From IMG/VR virus record IMGVR_UViG_3300009108_000480: a DNA stretch of 64,000 nt, one strand, 5' to 3'. The number at the start of each line of letters is the position of its first letter. Within the stretch, counting starts at the first letter, position 1. This stretch comes from a virus (Duplodnaviria; Caudoviricetes). Shown in pieces: positions 40,334 through 48,793 of this stretch. The position numbers and the translations under genes were made by a program. The notes beneath the pieces are model-generated. The model was not told the DNA's origin. It saw only the letters and a list, made by a program, of their open reading frames with translations, and made no database searches.

Positions 40334-41935
40334 ATGGCAATAGGAAGAATAACAGGGCAAATGCTTTCAGCTAACTTGGCACGGTCAGGTACTGATTTAG
40401 CATTTGAAACAAATTTATTAGCCTTAGACGTCAGTAATAGTAGAGTTGGTATAGGAACAGCCAGTCCGGCAACTACATTACACATTTCGGCTACAGACGC
40501 AGTTAGAATAGCATCAGGTACAACAGCACAAAGACCTGGTTCACCAGCACACGGTGATCTAAGATACAACTCAACACTTGCAACAATTGAAGGATATTCA
40601 AACAGTGCTTGGGCTAACTTGGCATCTGGTTCAACAATTCAAGATGCTGACGAAGACACAAAAATACAAGTTGAAGAAAGTTCAGACGAAGATTTAATCA
40701 GAATGGATATAGCAGGTTCTGAAATTTTACAAGTAGGCGCTTCTGGTTTAACATTCACAGCAGGTGGAGTTGTAGGTAACTTAACAGTTTCAGGTAACTT
40801 AACAGTTTCAGGAACTACATCAACACTTTCAACTACAAACACAGTTATCGCAGATAACATTATAGAATTAAACACCGGTATATCAGCTAGTACAAACGAC
40901 GCAGGTATTATCGTAGAACGTGGTTCTACAGGTGATAATGCGACATTGACTTGGGATGAATCAGCAGACCAGTGGGTAGTTGGAACAACAACTGCCACAG
41001 GTGCAGATAAATCAGGTGGAATATCAGTAACAACAGGAAATATGTTATTGACTAACACTGGTGGAGCAAGTTGGACAACGGCTTGTGTATTCAATGATGC
41101 ATCAAGTAACGATTTAGACTTTAGAATGGAAAGTGCGGCAAACACACACGCTTTCTTTTTAGATGGATCAGCAAATGCAATTGGTATTAACAACAGTGCA
41201 CCAGTTTATGAATTGGATGGCGGTGGTTCTACTAACGCATGGAGATTCCCAGTAGGTAATACTTCACAAAGACCAACAGGTGCAACAGGTGTTATAAGAT
41301 TTAACAGTGAAACTGGAGCATACGAAGGTTGCACAGACGGATCAACATACGTATCACTAGCAACATCTAGTTCTACAGCACCAACTATATCTAAAGTATC
41401 AGCAACTGGAGACGGATCAACAACAACATTCGCACTTTTTAGTACAGCGCCGGCGGCGGTGGCTAACGTGCTTGTGTTCATTGATAACGTTTATCAAGAA
41501 CCAACTGAAAACTATACAGTATCAAGCACAAATATAACATTTACTTCGGCTCCGCACAGTGCGGCTAGAATATTTGCTATAACTGGCTTTGACAATACTG
41601 CATTAGTAACAGGTGGAATTGCTAGAACAGAAACAAGTTCAGTTAACTTTACATCATCTGCAACTAACATTTTAACATTTAACGGGTCAACTTACAGGTC
41701 AGCAGAATTATTCATTACTTTGCAAGATTCTGCAAATACTGAATATGCTTGTATGAAAGCTAACGTGGCTCACAATGGTTCAACAGCATTCGGAAACGTA
41801 TATGGTGTTGTAAACACTGGATCAAGTGATTTAGGAACACTTACATTTGTTTATAACTCGGGTACAGTTGAAATTAAAGCAGTATCAAGTGGTGGCGTAA
41901 CAGCGGCTACTGTACAATACTCATTAATGGCGTAA
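40334..41935 (+). CDS. Tail fibre-like protein (533 aa)
   Basis: Shared N-terminus MAIGRI.G..L..NL.R.GTDLAFETNLL; mosaic of fibre modules. Confidence 0.75.
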   Translation: MAIGRITGQMLSANLARSGTDLAFETNLLALDVSNSRVGIGTASPATTLHISATDAVRIASGTTAQRPGSPAHGDLRYNSTLATIEGYSNSAWANLASGSTIQDADEDTKIQVEESSDEDLIRMDIAGSEILQVGASGLTFTAGGVVGNLTVSGNLTVSGTTSTLSTTNTVIADNIIELNTGISASTNDAGIIVERGSTGDNATLTWDESADQWVVGTTTATGADKSGGISVTTGNMLLTNTGGASWTTACVFNDASSNDLDFRMESAANTHAFFLDGSANAIGINNSAPVYELDGGGSTNAWRFPVGNTSQRPTGATGVIRFNSETGAYEGCTDGSTYVSLATSSSTAPTISKVSATGDGSTTTFALFSTAPAAVANVLVFIDNVYQEPTENYTVSSTNITFTSAPHSAARIFAITGFDNTALVTGGIARTETSSVNFTSSATNILTFNGSTYRSAELFITLQDSANTEYACMKANVAHNGSTAFGNVYGVVNTGSSDLGTLTFVYNSGTVEIKAVSSGGVTAATVQYSLMA

Positions 41936-41970
41936 TTAGTATAGTATAATATAACCTTATAGATAATTTT

Positions 41971-42012
41971 AAACGCTCTAACGATAAATATTGTTGTTAG
42001 AGCGTTTTTTTT
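41971..42012 (+). terminator. Intrinsic terminator whose loop contains a TAAATA late promoter
   Basis: AAACGCTCTAAC/GTTAGAGCGTTT 12-bp stem plus T-run; TAAATA at 41985-41990 in the loop. Confidence 0.7.
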
Positions 42013-42061
42013 ACGACTAAAATCTCTAACACTTTAATAATATCATGCGGGAGAATGAACC

Positions 42062-43072
42062 ATGACAACACGTAACTTTAGAGTTAACACTGGATTAGAA
42101 GTAGGTGATATAGTAATATCAGCTAGTGCTAATACCATTACTGGCGGATCAACAGCGGCACCTAGTGCTGACGGTCAGTTTGCCAATAAAAAATATGTTG
42201 ATGACGGTCTAGCAGGCCTTTCACAGACATCGATTAGTTCAGGAACAACTAACATAACTGTGGCTTCAACAACTGCAACTACTACAATTAGTGGTAGTGC
42301 GGCCTTAACAATTGACGGTACTAATACAAGAGTACACGGTAACTTAATTGTTGACGGTACAAGAACTGAGTTGAACACATCAACACTATCAGTTGAAGAT
42401 AATATCATTGAAGTAAACAGAGGAATATCATCTAATAGTGGTATGCCAACTTACTCAGGTATTAAAGTAAACAGAGGCGAAACATCAACAGCAACAGAAG
42501 AAGATTTATTCTGGGTATGGGATGAAGCATTTGCAGATGACGGTACAACTACTTACGGTAACGCAGGTGGTGCCTTTACAGCATTGAGATCTGCTACGGC
42601 GGCTCCAACAGCAACAGAGGCTAATTTAGTCGATATACGATGTAACGTAATACACGCGACATCAACTTCGGCTCAATACGCGGACGTTGCCGAGCGTTTC
42701 GAAGCAGACGCTCCTATGGCAGAAGGTGCAGTAGTAGAAATCGGTGGTGGAGAAGAAATCACCGAAGTATCAACTGAACTTTCAGAAAATGTTTTTGGTG
42801 TAATTTCAACTAAACCAGCATATGCCATGAACGCAGGTGCAGGTAACAGTGATTCACATCCGTTTGTTGCAATGACAGGAAGAAGTCCTGTTAGAGTAAC
42901 AGGTCTTGTTGAAAAAGGACAAAGACTAGTTTCCAGTTCAATTAAAGGTACTGCAAGAGCAGTAGCTAATGGTGAAACAATTACTCCTTTCCATGTAATC
43001 GGAAGAGCTTTAGAAAGCAAATCTGATGCAGGTATTGGATTGGTAAATTGTGCAGTGAGAACTAACAACTAA
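42062..43072 (+). CDS. Tail fibre with C-terminal peptidase G2-like (IMC) autocleaving chaperone domain
   Basis: YADVAERF...FGVIST.P...VAMTGR.PVRV.G.VEKGQRLVSS..KG motif. Confidence 0.7.
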   Translation: MTTRNFRVNTGLEVGDIVISASANTITGGSTAAPSADGQFANKKYVDDGLAGLSQTSISSGTTNITVASTTATTTISGSAALTIDGTNTRVHGNLIVDGTRTELNTSTLSVEDNIIEVNRGISSNSGMPTYSGIKVNRGETSTATEEDLFWVWDEAFADDGTTTYGNAGGAFTALRSATAAPTATEANLVDIRCNVIHATSTSAQYADVAERFEADAPMAEGAVVEIGGGEEITEVSTELSENVFGVISTKPAYAMNAGAGNSDSHPFVAMTGRSPVRVTGLVEKGQRLVSSSIKGTARAVANGETITPFHVIGRALESKSDAGIGLVNCAVRTNN

Positions 43073-43100
43073 TAAATACTAATACTTTTTAGTAAAATTA

Positions 43101-43128
43101 AAGGCGGTCTTCGGATCGCCTTTTTTTT
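43101..43128 (+). terminator. Intrinsic terminator with UUCG loop
   Basis: AGGCGGTC-TTCG-GATCGCCT plus T-run; closely resembles the terminator at 30714. Confidence 0.85.
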
Positions 43129-43224
43129 ATCCCGATAAATACAATTACTGCTGTCAGTCGGCAATGTAAACGAGACTGTGTGTAATGTATTGTTACACTA
43201 ACATATTAAAGGAGACCTAGAGTT

Positions 43225-46200
43225 ATGGCTATAGGCCGTATATCTGGATCAGTACTAAAGTCTAACCTTACAAGGAATGGTACCGATCTGGCTTTTGAAA
43301 CAAATCTACTTTATCTTGACGTCACGAATAATCGTGTAGGTATAGGTACTTCTTCCCCATCAACAACATTAGACATAAACGGAACAGTAAACGCAACAAC
43401 AGTAACAGCAGGCACACTAACAGCTTCTGGTACAGGTACGGATGCATTATTAACATTAACTACTACAGAAGCAAGTGCATCAGCAAGTCCAATTATAGCA
43501 TTAAAAAGAAATAGCGGAAGTCCAGCAGGCTCAGACAATTTAGGAACAATAAAATTTTTAGGTGAAAATGCGGCTGATCAAGAAGTTGAGTATGGAAATA
43601 TAACCTCTAAAATTTTTAGTACAACTGACGGATCTGAAGCTGGAAAAATACAAGTTCAGGTAATGAGCTCTGGTGCTCTTACAAATTCTATGCGTTTTGA
43701 ACCAGAAGGAATATTTTTAAACACATCAAACACTATTATTTTTGAAGGTGCAACTGCTGACAATTACGAAACTACATTAACAGTTGTAGACCCAACTGCA
43801 GATAGAACAGTATCTTTACCCAATGCAACAGGTACAGTTGCGGTTTATGCCAGCGACGGAAGTAATGGACAAGTATTACAAACTGATGGAAGTGGAACAT
43901 TATCATTTGCAGAAGCAGGTGGTGGTGGCGGTGGAAACAACACAGCAGTAAAACAATTTAATTATTATAAACTTACAACAACATCAGCAGTTATAGATGA
44001 ATTTGATATAGGAGAATTTAGAGGTGCTGTTTATGATATAGGTATAGAAGAAACTACTAATAATTTTATTGGACACGTAAAAGTTTCTGTTGTACATAAT
44101 GACTCAACTCCTTATGTTACAGTATATAATGTTAACGAAGACAGTACAAGAATAGTAGATTTTACTGTGGCAATATCAGGAGATATGTTACAATTATCTG
44201 CGGCAACTAATAGTTCTTCACACACAAATTTAAGAATACACAGAATTGCATTAGGAGACCATCATGAGACAGTTGCAAATACAAACTCAAAAATTATTGC
44301 AACAAGTACAGCAATAGGTTCTACTGCAACTACATTAGATCAATTTACAAAAACAGATATACAAGGTGCAAAATATATTATATTAATAAAAGATTCAACA
44401 CAAGGTGACTACCAAATTTCAGAAATGAGTATGACTCATAATGGAACAACAGTTTTCTTTGATGATTATGCAAAAGTATCAACTAGAAGTGCTTATGGAT
44501 ATACTTTTACAGCAACAATTTCATCAGCAACAGTAACATTATCAGGAGCATCAACAGTTGGTACAACTGGTACTGCAATATTATATAGACAAGATTTAGG
44601 ATCTAAAACAAAATTAGGCGAAGTAGATAATCATTTATACGGTAAAAAAAGTGATATGGATTCTACTGTTGAAACAGTAGATTCATTTGATGTATTCAAA
44701 TACAAAACTGCAAGATATTTTATAAATGTAGGAAATTCTGGAAGTACTGAATATCAGAATTCTGAGATTGTTATGACTGTTAATGCGGCAGGTACTGATA
44801 CAACAATATCTGAAAGTGTAATATACACAGGAAATAATACTCTTACAACATTTTCAGCAGATGTTTCTGGAGGCAAAGCAAGATTAAGAGCATCTAGTTC
44901 TACTAATAGTGTAATTTATTTTGCAAGATTAGGAATGGAAGCCGATAATATTTACAGAGCAAACGCACAAACATCAGATGATTTATATATTACACACAAT
45001 AATATTAATTTAACAGCTGAAATGCTTGACTTATCTGGCGCTACAGGATCATTAAAACTACCTTCTGGTACAACTGCACAACGTTCAACAGGTGCCGTTG
45101 GTATGTTAAGATATAACACAACAACAAGTACGTACGAAAGATATGACACTAGTGGTTGGACAGCAATTACAACAACTTCTTCAACTTCAGATTTAAGTGA
45201 TACAACAACAGGAAATAAAACTTCTGTTGGTACATCTGCAACAAACATTGATACATTTGCTTCAAGTTCTTTTGATTCAGCATTTTATCTTGCAGTAACA
45301 AGAGACGAAATTAATGATGAAACTGCCACAGATCAAATAAGTTTAGTACACAATAATACAACGGCATTTGTTGCATCTGGTGGTGGTGTGCGATCAGGAG
45401 ATAATGATCATATAACATATACAGCAGACATTAGTGCTAGTACAGTAAGATTAAGAGGTACAGGTTCAAGTGATGTAAACTCTATAAAATATTTTAGAAT
45501 TGCGATGGGTGACAGTACAAGTGCTACGTCATCAGGTAACACTGCAATTGTATTAAACACAGATGTTGATAGTGCTGTAGAAAATATAGATACATGGGCT
45601 CATGCTTCTTACAGAGGTGCAAAATATTATATTAGTGCAAACAATTCATCAAAAACTGAATTACAAAATATAGAATGTTCAGTTGTTCACAACGGAACAA
45701 CCGCCTTTATTGCAACATACAACGACGTATACACTGGTAATAATGCCTTGATAACATTGACAGCAGATATTAGTGGAAGTGATGTAAGATTACGTGCAAC
45801 AGGAAATGAACCAAATACTGCTGTTAAGATGTTTAGAATTTTATTAGGAGATTCAGAATCAGACACAACTGGTGACAACACAAAAGTTGTTGGTGCAGTA
45901 ACAGTATCATCGTCTGCAACAGCAATAGACACTTTTTCAAGTGACTCATACACAGGTGCTCATTATCTTGTAGTTGGTTATAACTCTGGTGAGTCTGGTA
46001 CACCAGCATCAGTTTCAGAAGTATATGTAGTACACGACGGAACAACTGCTTACGTAAGTTCAGGACCAATTGTATCATCAAAAGGCACAGACCAATTAAC
46101 ATTTACAGCGGCATTATCAGGTACAACTGTAACATTAAACGCATTGAGTACAAGTGGAGGTTCTACAACTGTTAATGCTTTTAGAACACATATACAAAGA

Positions 46201-46785
46201 ACAGCGGCAGGTGCCTCAACATCATTACAAGTTTTAACAAGTAATGATCAAACAATCACAGGTGATAAAACTTTTGCGGATAATGCCAAAGTTATGTTGG
46301 GTACTGGAGAAGATTTAAAAATATATCACTCAGGTAGCCACAGTATTATCCAAGATTCTGGTGCAGGTAACTTAAAAATCAGAGCTAGTATTACACAAAT
46401 AATGGGTACTAGTAATGACGAAAACCATGCAGTCTTTACTGAGGATGGTTCAGTAGAACTTTATCATAATGGTACAAAGATGATTGAAACATCATCCACT
46501 GGTGTTGCATTAAGTGGTGTTATGGCAATGGCTGTTGAATCAGGTGATCCATCAACTGTGGCAAACAATGCTCACATATATGCTAAAGACGATACGGCAA
46601 GTGCTGAAGTATATGTAAGAGACGAAGCAGGTAACGTTACAAAACTTTCACCGCACAATAAACAAGGTGAATGGGAATATTTCTCAAGAAATACAATAAC
46701 AGGTAAAACTGTTAGAGTTAATATGGAAGAAATGATTAAAGATATTGAAAAATTAACAGGTAAAAAATATATTAAGGAGGAATAA
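43225..46785 (+). CDS. Long fibre protein with six ~110-aa repeated domains (1186 aa)
   Basis: Shared fibre N-terminus; repeats ID.F....Y.GA.Y....V.HNGTT.F....AD.SG..VRL; TAAATA at 43136-43141; SD AGGAG. Confidence 0.75.
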   Translation: MAIGRISGSVLKSNLTRNGTDLAFETNLLYLDVTNNRVGIGTSSPSTTLDINGTVNATTVTAGTLTASGTGTDALLTLTTTEASASASPIIALKRNSGSPAGSDNLGTIKFLGENAADQEVEYGNITSKIFSTTDGSEAGKIQVQVMSSGALTNSMRFEPEGIFLNTSNTIIFEGATADNYETTLTVVDPTADRTVSLPNATGTVAVYASDGSNGQVLQTDGSGTLSFAEAGGGGGGNNTAVKQFNYYKLTTTSAVIDEFDIGEFRGAVYDIGIEETTNNFIGHVKVSVVHNDSTPYVTVYNVNEDSTRIVDFTVAISGDMLQLSAATNSSSHTNLRIHRIALGDHHETVANTNSKIIATSTAIGSTATTLDQFTKTDIQGAKYIILIKDSTQGDYQISEMSMTHNGTTVFFDDYAKVSTRSAYGYTFTATISSATVTLSGASTVGTTGTAILYRQDLGSKTKLGEVDNHLYGKKSDMDSTVETVDSFDVFKYKTARYFINVGNSGSTEYQNSEIVMTVNAAGTDTTISESVIYTGNNTLTTFSADVSGGKARLRASSSTNSVIYFARLGMEADNIYRANAQTSDDLYITHNNINLTAEMLDLSGATGSLKLPSGTTAQRSTGAVGMLRYNTTTSTYERYDTSGWTAITTTSSTSDLSDTTTGNKTSVGTSATNIDTFASSSFDSAFYLAVTRDEINDETATDQISLVHNNTTAFVASGGGVRSGDNDHITYTADISASTVRLRGTGSSDVNSIKYFRIAMGDSTSATSSGNTAIVLNTDVDSAVENIDTWAHASYRGAKYYISANNSSKTELQNIECSVVHNGTTAFIATYNDVYTGNNALITLTADISGSDVRLRATGNEPNTAVKMFRILLGDSESDTTGDNTKVVGAVTVSSSATAIDTFSSDSYTGAHYLVVGYNSGESGTPASVSEVYVVHDGTTAYVSSGPIVSSKGTDQLTFTAALSGTTVTLNALSTSGGSTTVNAFRTHIQRTAAGASTSLQVLTSNDQTITGDKTFADNAKVMLGTGEDLKIYHSGSHSIIQDSGAGNLKIRASITQIMGTSNDENHAVFTEDGSVELYHNGTKMIETSSTGVALSGVMAMAVESGDPSTVANNAHIYAKDDTASAEVYVRDEAGNVTKLSPHNKQGEWEYFSRNTITGKTVRVNMEEMIKDIEKLTGKKYIKEE

Positions 46786-47420
46786 TGCCAAAACGATATA
46801 GTTTAATGAAAGTAGAAGACGAAGATACTGAGGGTAAAACAGTAACGGATAAAGATCCTGACTTTCACAAAAAACAAATATTTCATAAAGTACAAATTAA
46901 AAATCGTTCTACTAGTGAAAATGCATTATTACTTTCTACAATTGACGATGGATCAGCAAGTGGTCCTTTACTTACATTAGAAAGATTTTCCGACAGTCCA
47001 GCAAAAAGTGATATATTAGGAAAAATACAATTTAAAGGTAAAAATTCAGAGGGCACTTTAATACGTTATGCAAGTATTGATACTAAAATTAGAGATCCAA
47101 ATGTTGGTACAGACGATTCTGCTTTACAGTTTACTGTAAGAGTTGGTGGACAACATAAGTCAATGTTAATTGTACAAAACGATGGAGTACTTGTTCACGT
47201 AGATAAACCGTTAATGTTACAGGCACAAGGTTATAAAAAAATTAGATTATTTGGTAGAAAGGCTACTGGAAGAAGAGATATTGATTTTCCAGATCAAGCC
47301 GGAACTGTAATGGTTAATGAATCAGGAAAAGTTATGGCAACCGACTTACCAACAAGCGATCCTAACAACGAAGGTCAACTCTGGAACGATAGCGGCACAG
47401 TAAAAATTAGTGCAGGGTAA
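46785..47420 (+). CDS. Charged paralogue of a module of the long fibre (211 aa)
   Basis: SASGPLLTLERFSDSPAKSDILGKIQFKGKN resembles SASPIIALKRNSGSPAGSDNLGTIKFLGEN in ORF 43225. Confidence 0.7.
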   Translation: MPKRYSLMKVEDEDTEGKTVTDKDPDFHKKQIFHKVQIKNRSTSENALLLSTIDDGSASGPLLTLERFSDSPAKSDILGKIQFKGKNSEGTLIRYASIDTKIRDPNVGTDDSALQFTVRVGGQHKSMLIVQNDGVLVHVDKPLMLQAQGYKKIRLFGRKATGRRDIDFPDQAGTVMVNESGKVMATDLPTSDPNNEGQLWNDSGTVKISAG

Positions 47421-47422
47421 TT

Positions 47423-47488
47423 ATGCGTTGGGTTTATTTTTTATTAGTATTGTTTGTTATTATGGCAGTCACTTTTGCTAACATTTAA
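47423..47488 (+). CDS. Unannotated 21-aa hydrophobic microprotein MRWVYFLLVLFVIMAVTFANI
   Basis: Starts 2 nt after the previous stop; single transmembrane-like helix. Confidence 0.5.
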   Translation: MRWVYFLLVLFVIMAVTFANI

Positions 47489-47568
47489 ATAGCATTTCCG
47501 TAGAAAGATAAAACAACCATAGCAATTATAAAAAGTGCCATTAAAAAAATAACTAATTTTCTTATCAT
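47485..47568 (-). CDS. Unannotated 27-aa hydrophobic microprotein MIRKLVIFLMALFIIAMVVLSFYGNAI
   Basis: ATGA overlap with the stop of ORF 47565-48329; basic N-terminus plus transmembrane-like helix. Confidence 0.55.
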   Translation of the reverse strand: MIRKLVIFLMALFIIAMVVLSFYGNAI

Positions 47569-48329
47569 TGAATCGACTTTACTATTTTACACATATCTTC
47601 ATTAAATTTTTTATCAATAACGTGACCTTGTACACCTTTTGTATAATTGTTTAAGAAATTATTAAAATTATTAATTAAAACTTTGTCTTTTATTGATTTG
47701 GGTATTAAATTTTTATTGTCAAAAATAAAATAATCATTAATATTATTTTTCACAGACAAATAATGTAATTTTTCAACAATTTTTTTGTAATGTTTTTCTA
47801 AATAATTTTCTTTAACAATTAACTTTTTATATCTTTTTTTAATTAGATCTATTTCTTTTTGATAAAAATTTTTACTAAACATAAAATTACTGTTACGTTC
47901 AATATCTGTAGGAAGTACATTAATTCTACCATATTTTTTATTAAATTTTAAAAACATTCTACTAAAAGTAGGCAACTGATGAATAACAAGCAATTTAGGT
48001 AATGTGTTCTGTTTCAAAAAATTTGAATATGATAATAACGATCTACCTACTGATGCTCCGATTACTGACAAATTTATTACAGGTATTCCTGTTTGTTTTT
48101 GAAGCAGTGCAGGCCAACTACTTTCTCTTTCTTCTTCATGCCATTTTTTGTTGGCTGTATCGTGTAAATCTTTGAAGTTAATTTTTCCTAATGAAAAATT
48201 ATTTTTGTACCATTTTAAAATTTCAAATTGACGTTGTTTATCGTTTTTAAAAATACCCAACAAGTGGTCGTTCATTTCACAACCTGTTGAATGGGAGCAA
48301 CCAGTTACAACAATTTTTTCATATGGCAT
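47565..48329 (-). CDS. SGNH/GDSL-like hydrolase-fold protein
   Basis: IVVTGCSHSTG block I-like motif, SWPALL, INLSVIGAS, C-terminal GH. Confidence 0.5.
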   Translation of the reverse strand: MPYEKIVVTGCSHSTGCEMNDHLLGIFKNDKQRQFEILKWYKNNFSLGKINFKDLHDTANKKWHEEERESSWPALLQKQTGIPVINLSVIGASVGRSLLSYSNFLKQNTLPKLLVIHQLPTFSRMFLKFNKKYGRINVLPTDIERNSNFMFSKNFYQKEIDLIKKRYKKLIVKENYLEKHYKKIVEKLHYLSVKNNINDYFIFDNKNLIPKSIKDKVLINNFNNFLNNYTKGVQGHVIDKKFNEDMCKIVKSIQ

Positions 48330-48330
48330 T

Positions 48331-48759
48331 TTAAGTTATTAAATCTAAAATAGTTTGGAGTTTACCTTTAATTGCTTTATTATTGAGCGTATTTCGTAAC
48401 CCTGCGTGTAAATTTTTTGGCCAACACTCAAAATTACACCAACAATATCCTGAATGCTCTTTATTTAATTTTGCTACAAATTCATTTTCAACTGCAATAA
48501 GATATGTATTAAAATAAAACTGTTGATCATTTGATGTAAACAATTCTAATGGAATTACTTTTTTAAATGTAGGTGGGTGACCAATTTCTTCTGTAATTTC
48601 TCTTTTTAAACCTTCAAATGCAGATTCAGTATAACGTGCTCGTCCACCAACTAAACCCCACATACCCCTAGTTTTAAAATCGGTTCTTTGTAATAAAAGA
48701 AAACGTTTAGTTGACGTTGCATAGAATAACGCACCTGAACAAATAATATTCTTTTCCAT
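48331..48759 (-). CDS. Nudix hydrolase
   Basis: Complete Nudix box G-x5-E-x7-REITEEIG. Confidence 0.9.
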   Translation of the reverse strand: MEKNIICSGALFYATSTKRFLLLQRTDFKTRGMWGLVGGRARYTESAFEGLKREITEEIGHPPTFKKVIPLELFTSNDQQFYFNTYLIAVENEFVAKLNKEHSGYCWCNFECWPKNLHAGLRNTLNNKAIKGKLQTILDLIT

Positions 48760-48764
48760 AACTT

Positions 48765-48793
48765 ATTATAACAATTTAACTTAAATTAATCAA
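48765..48793 (-). promoter_or_regulatory. Sigma70 promoter for the Nudix operon
   Basis: TTGATT-17 nt-TATAAT with extended -10 TG; 5 nt from the ATG. Confidence 0.7.

Noticed and set aside
32490-42410. Diversity-generating retroelement template/variable repeat pair in fibre genes
   Set aside because: Differences between the two copies are mostly synonymous third-position changes, not adenine-specific, and no reverse transcriptase is in the window
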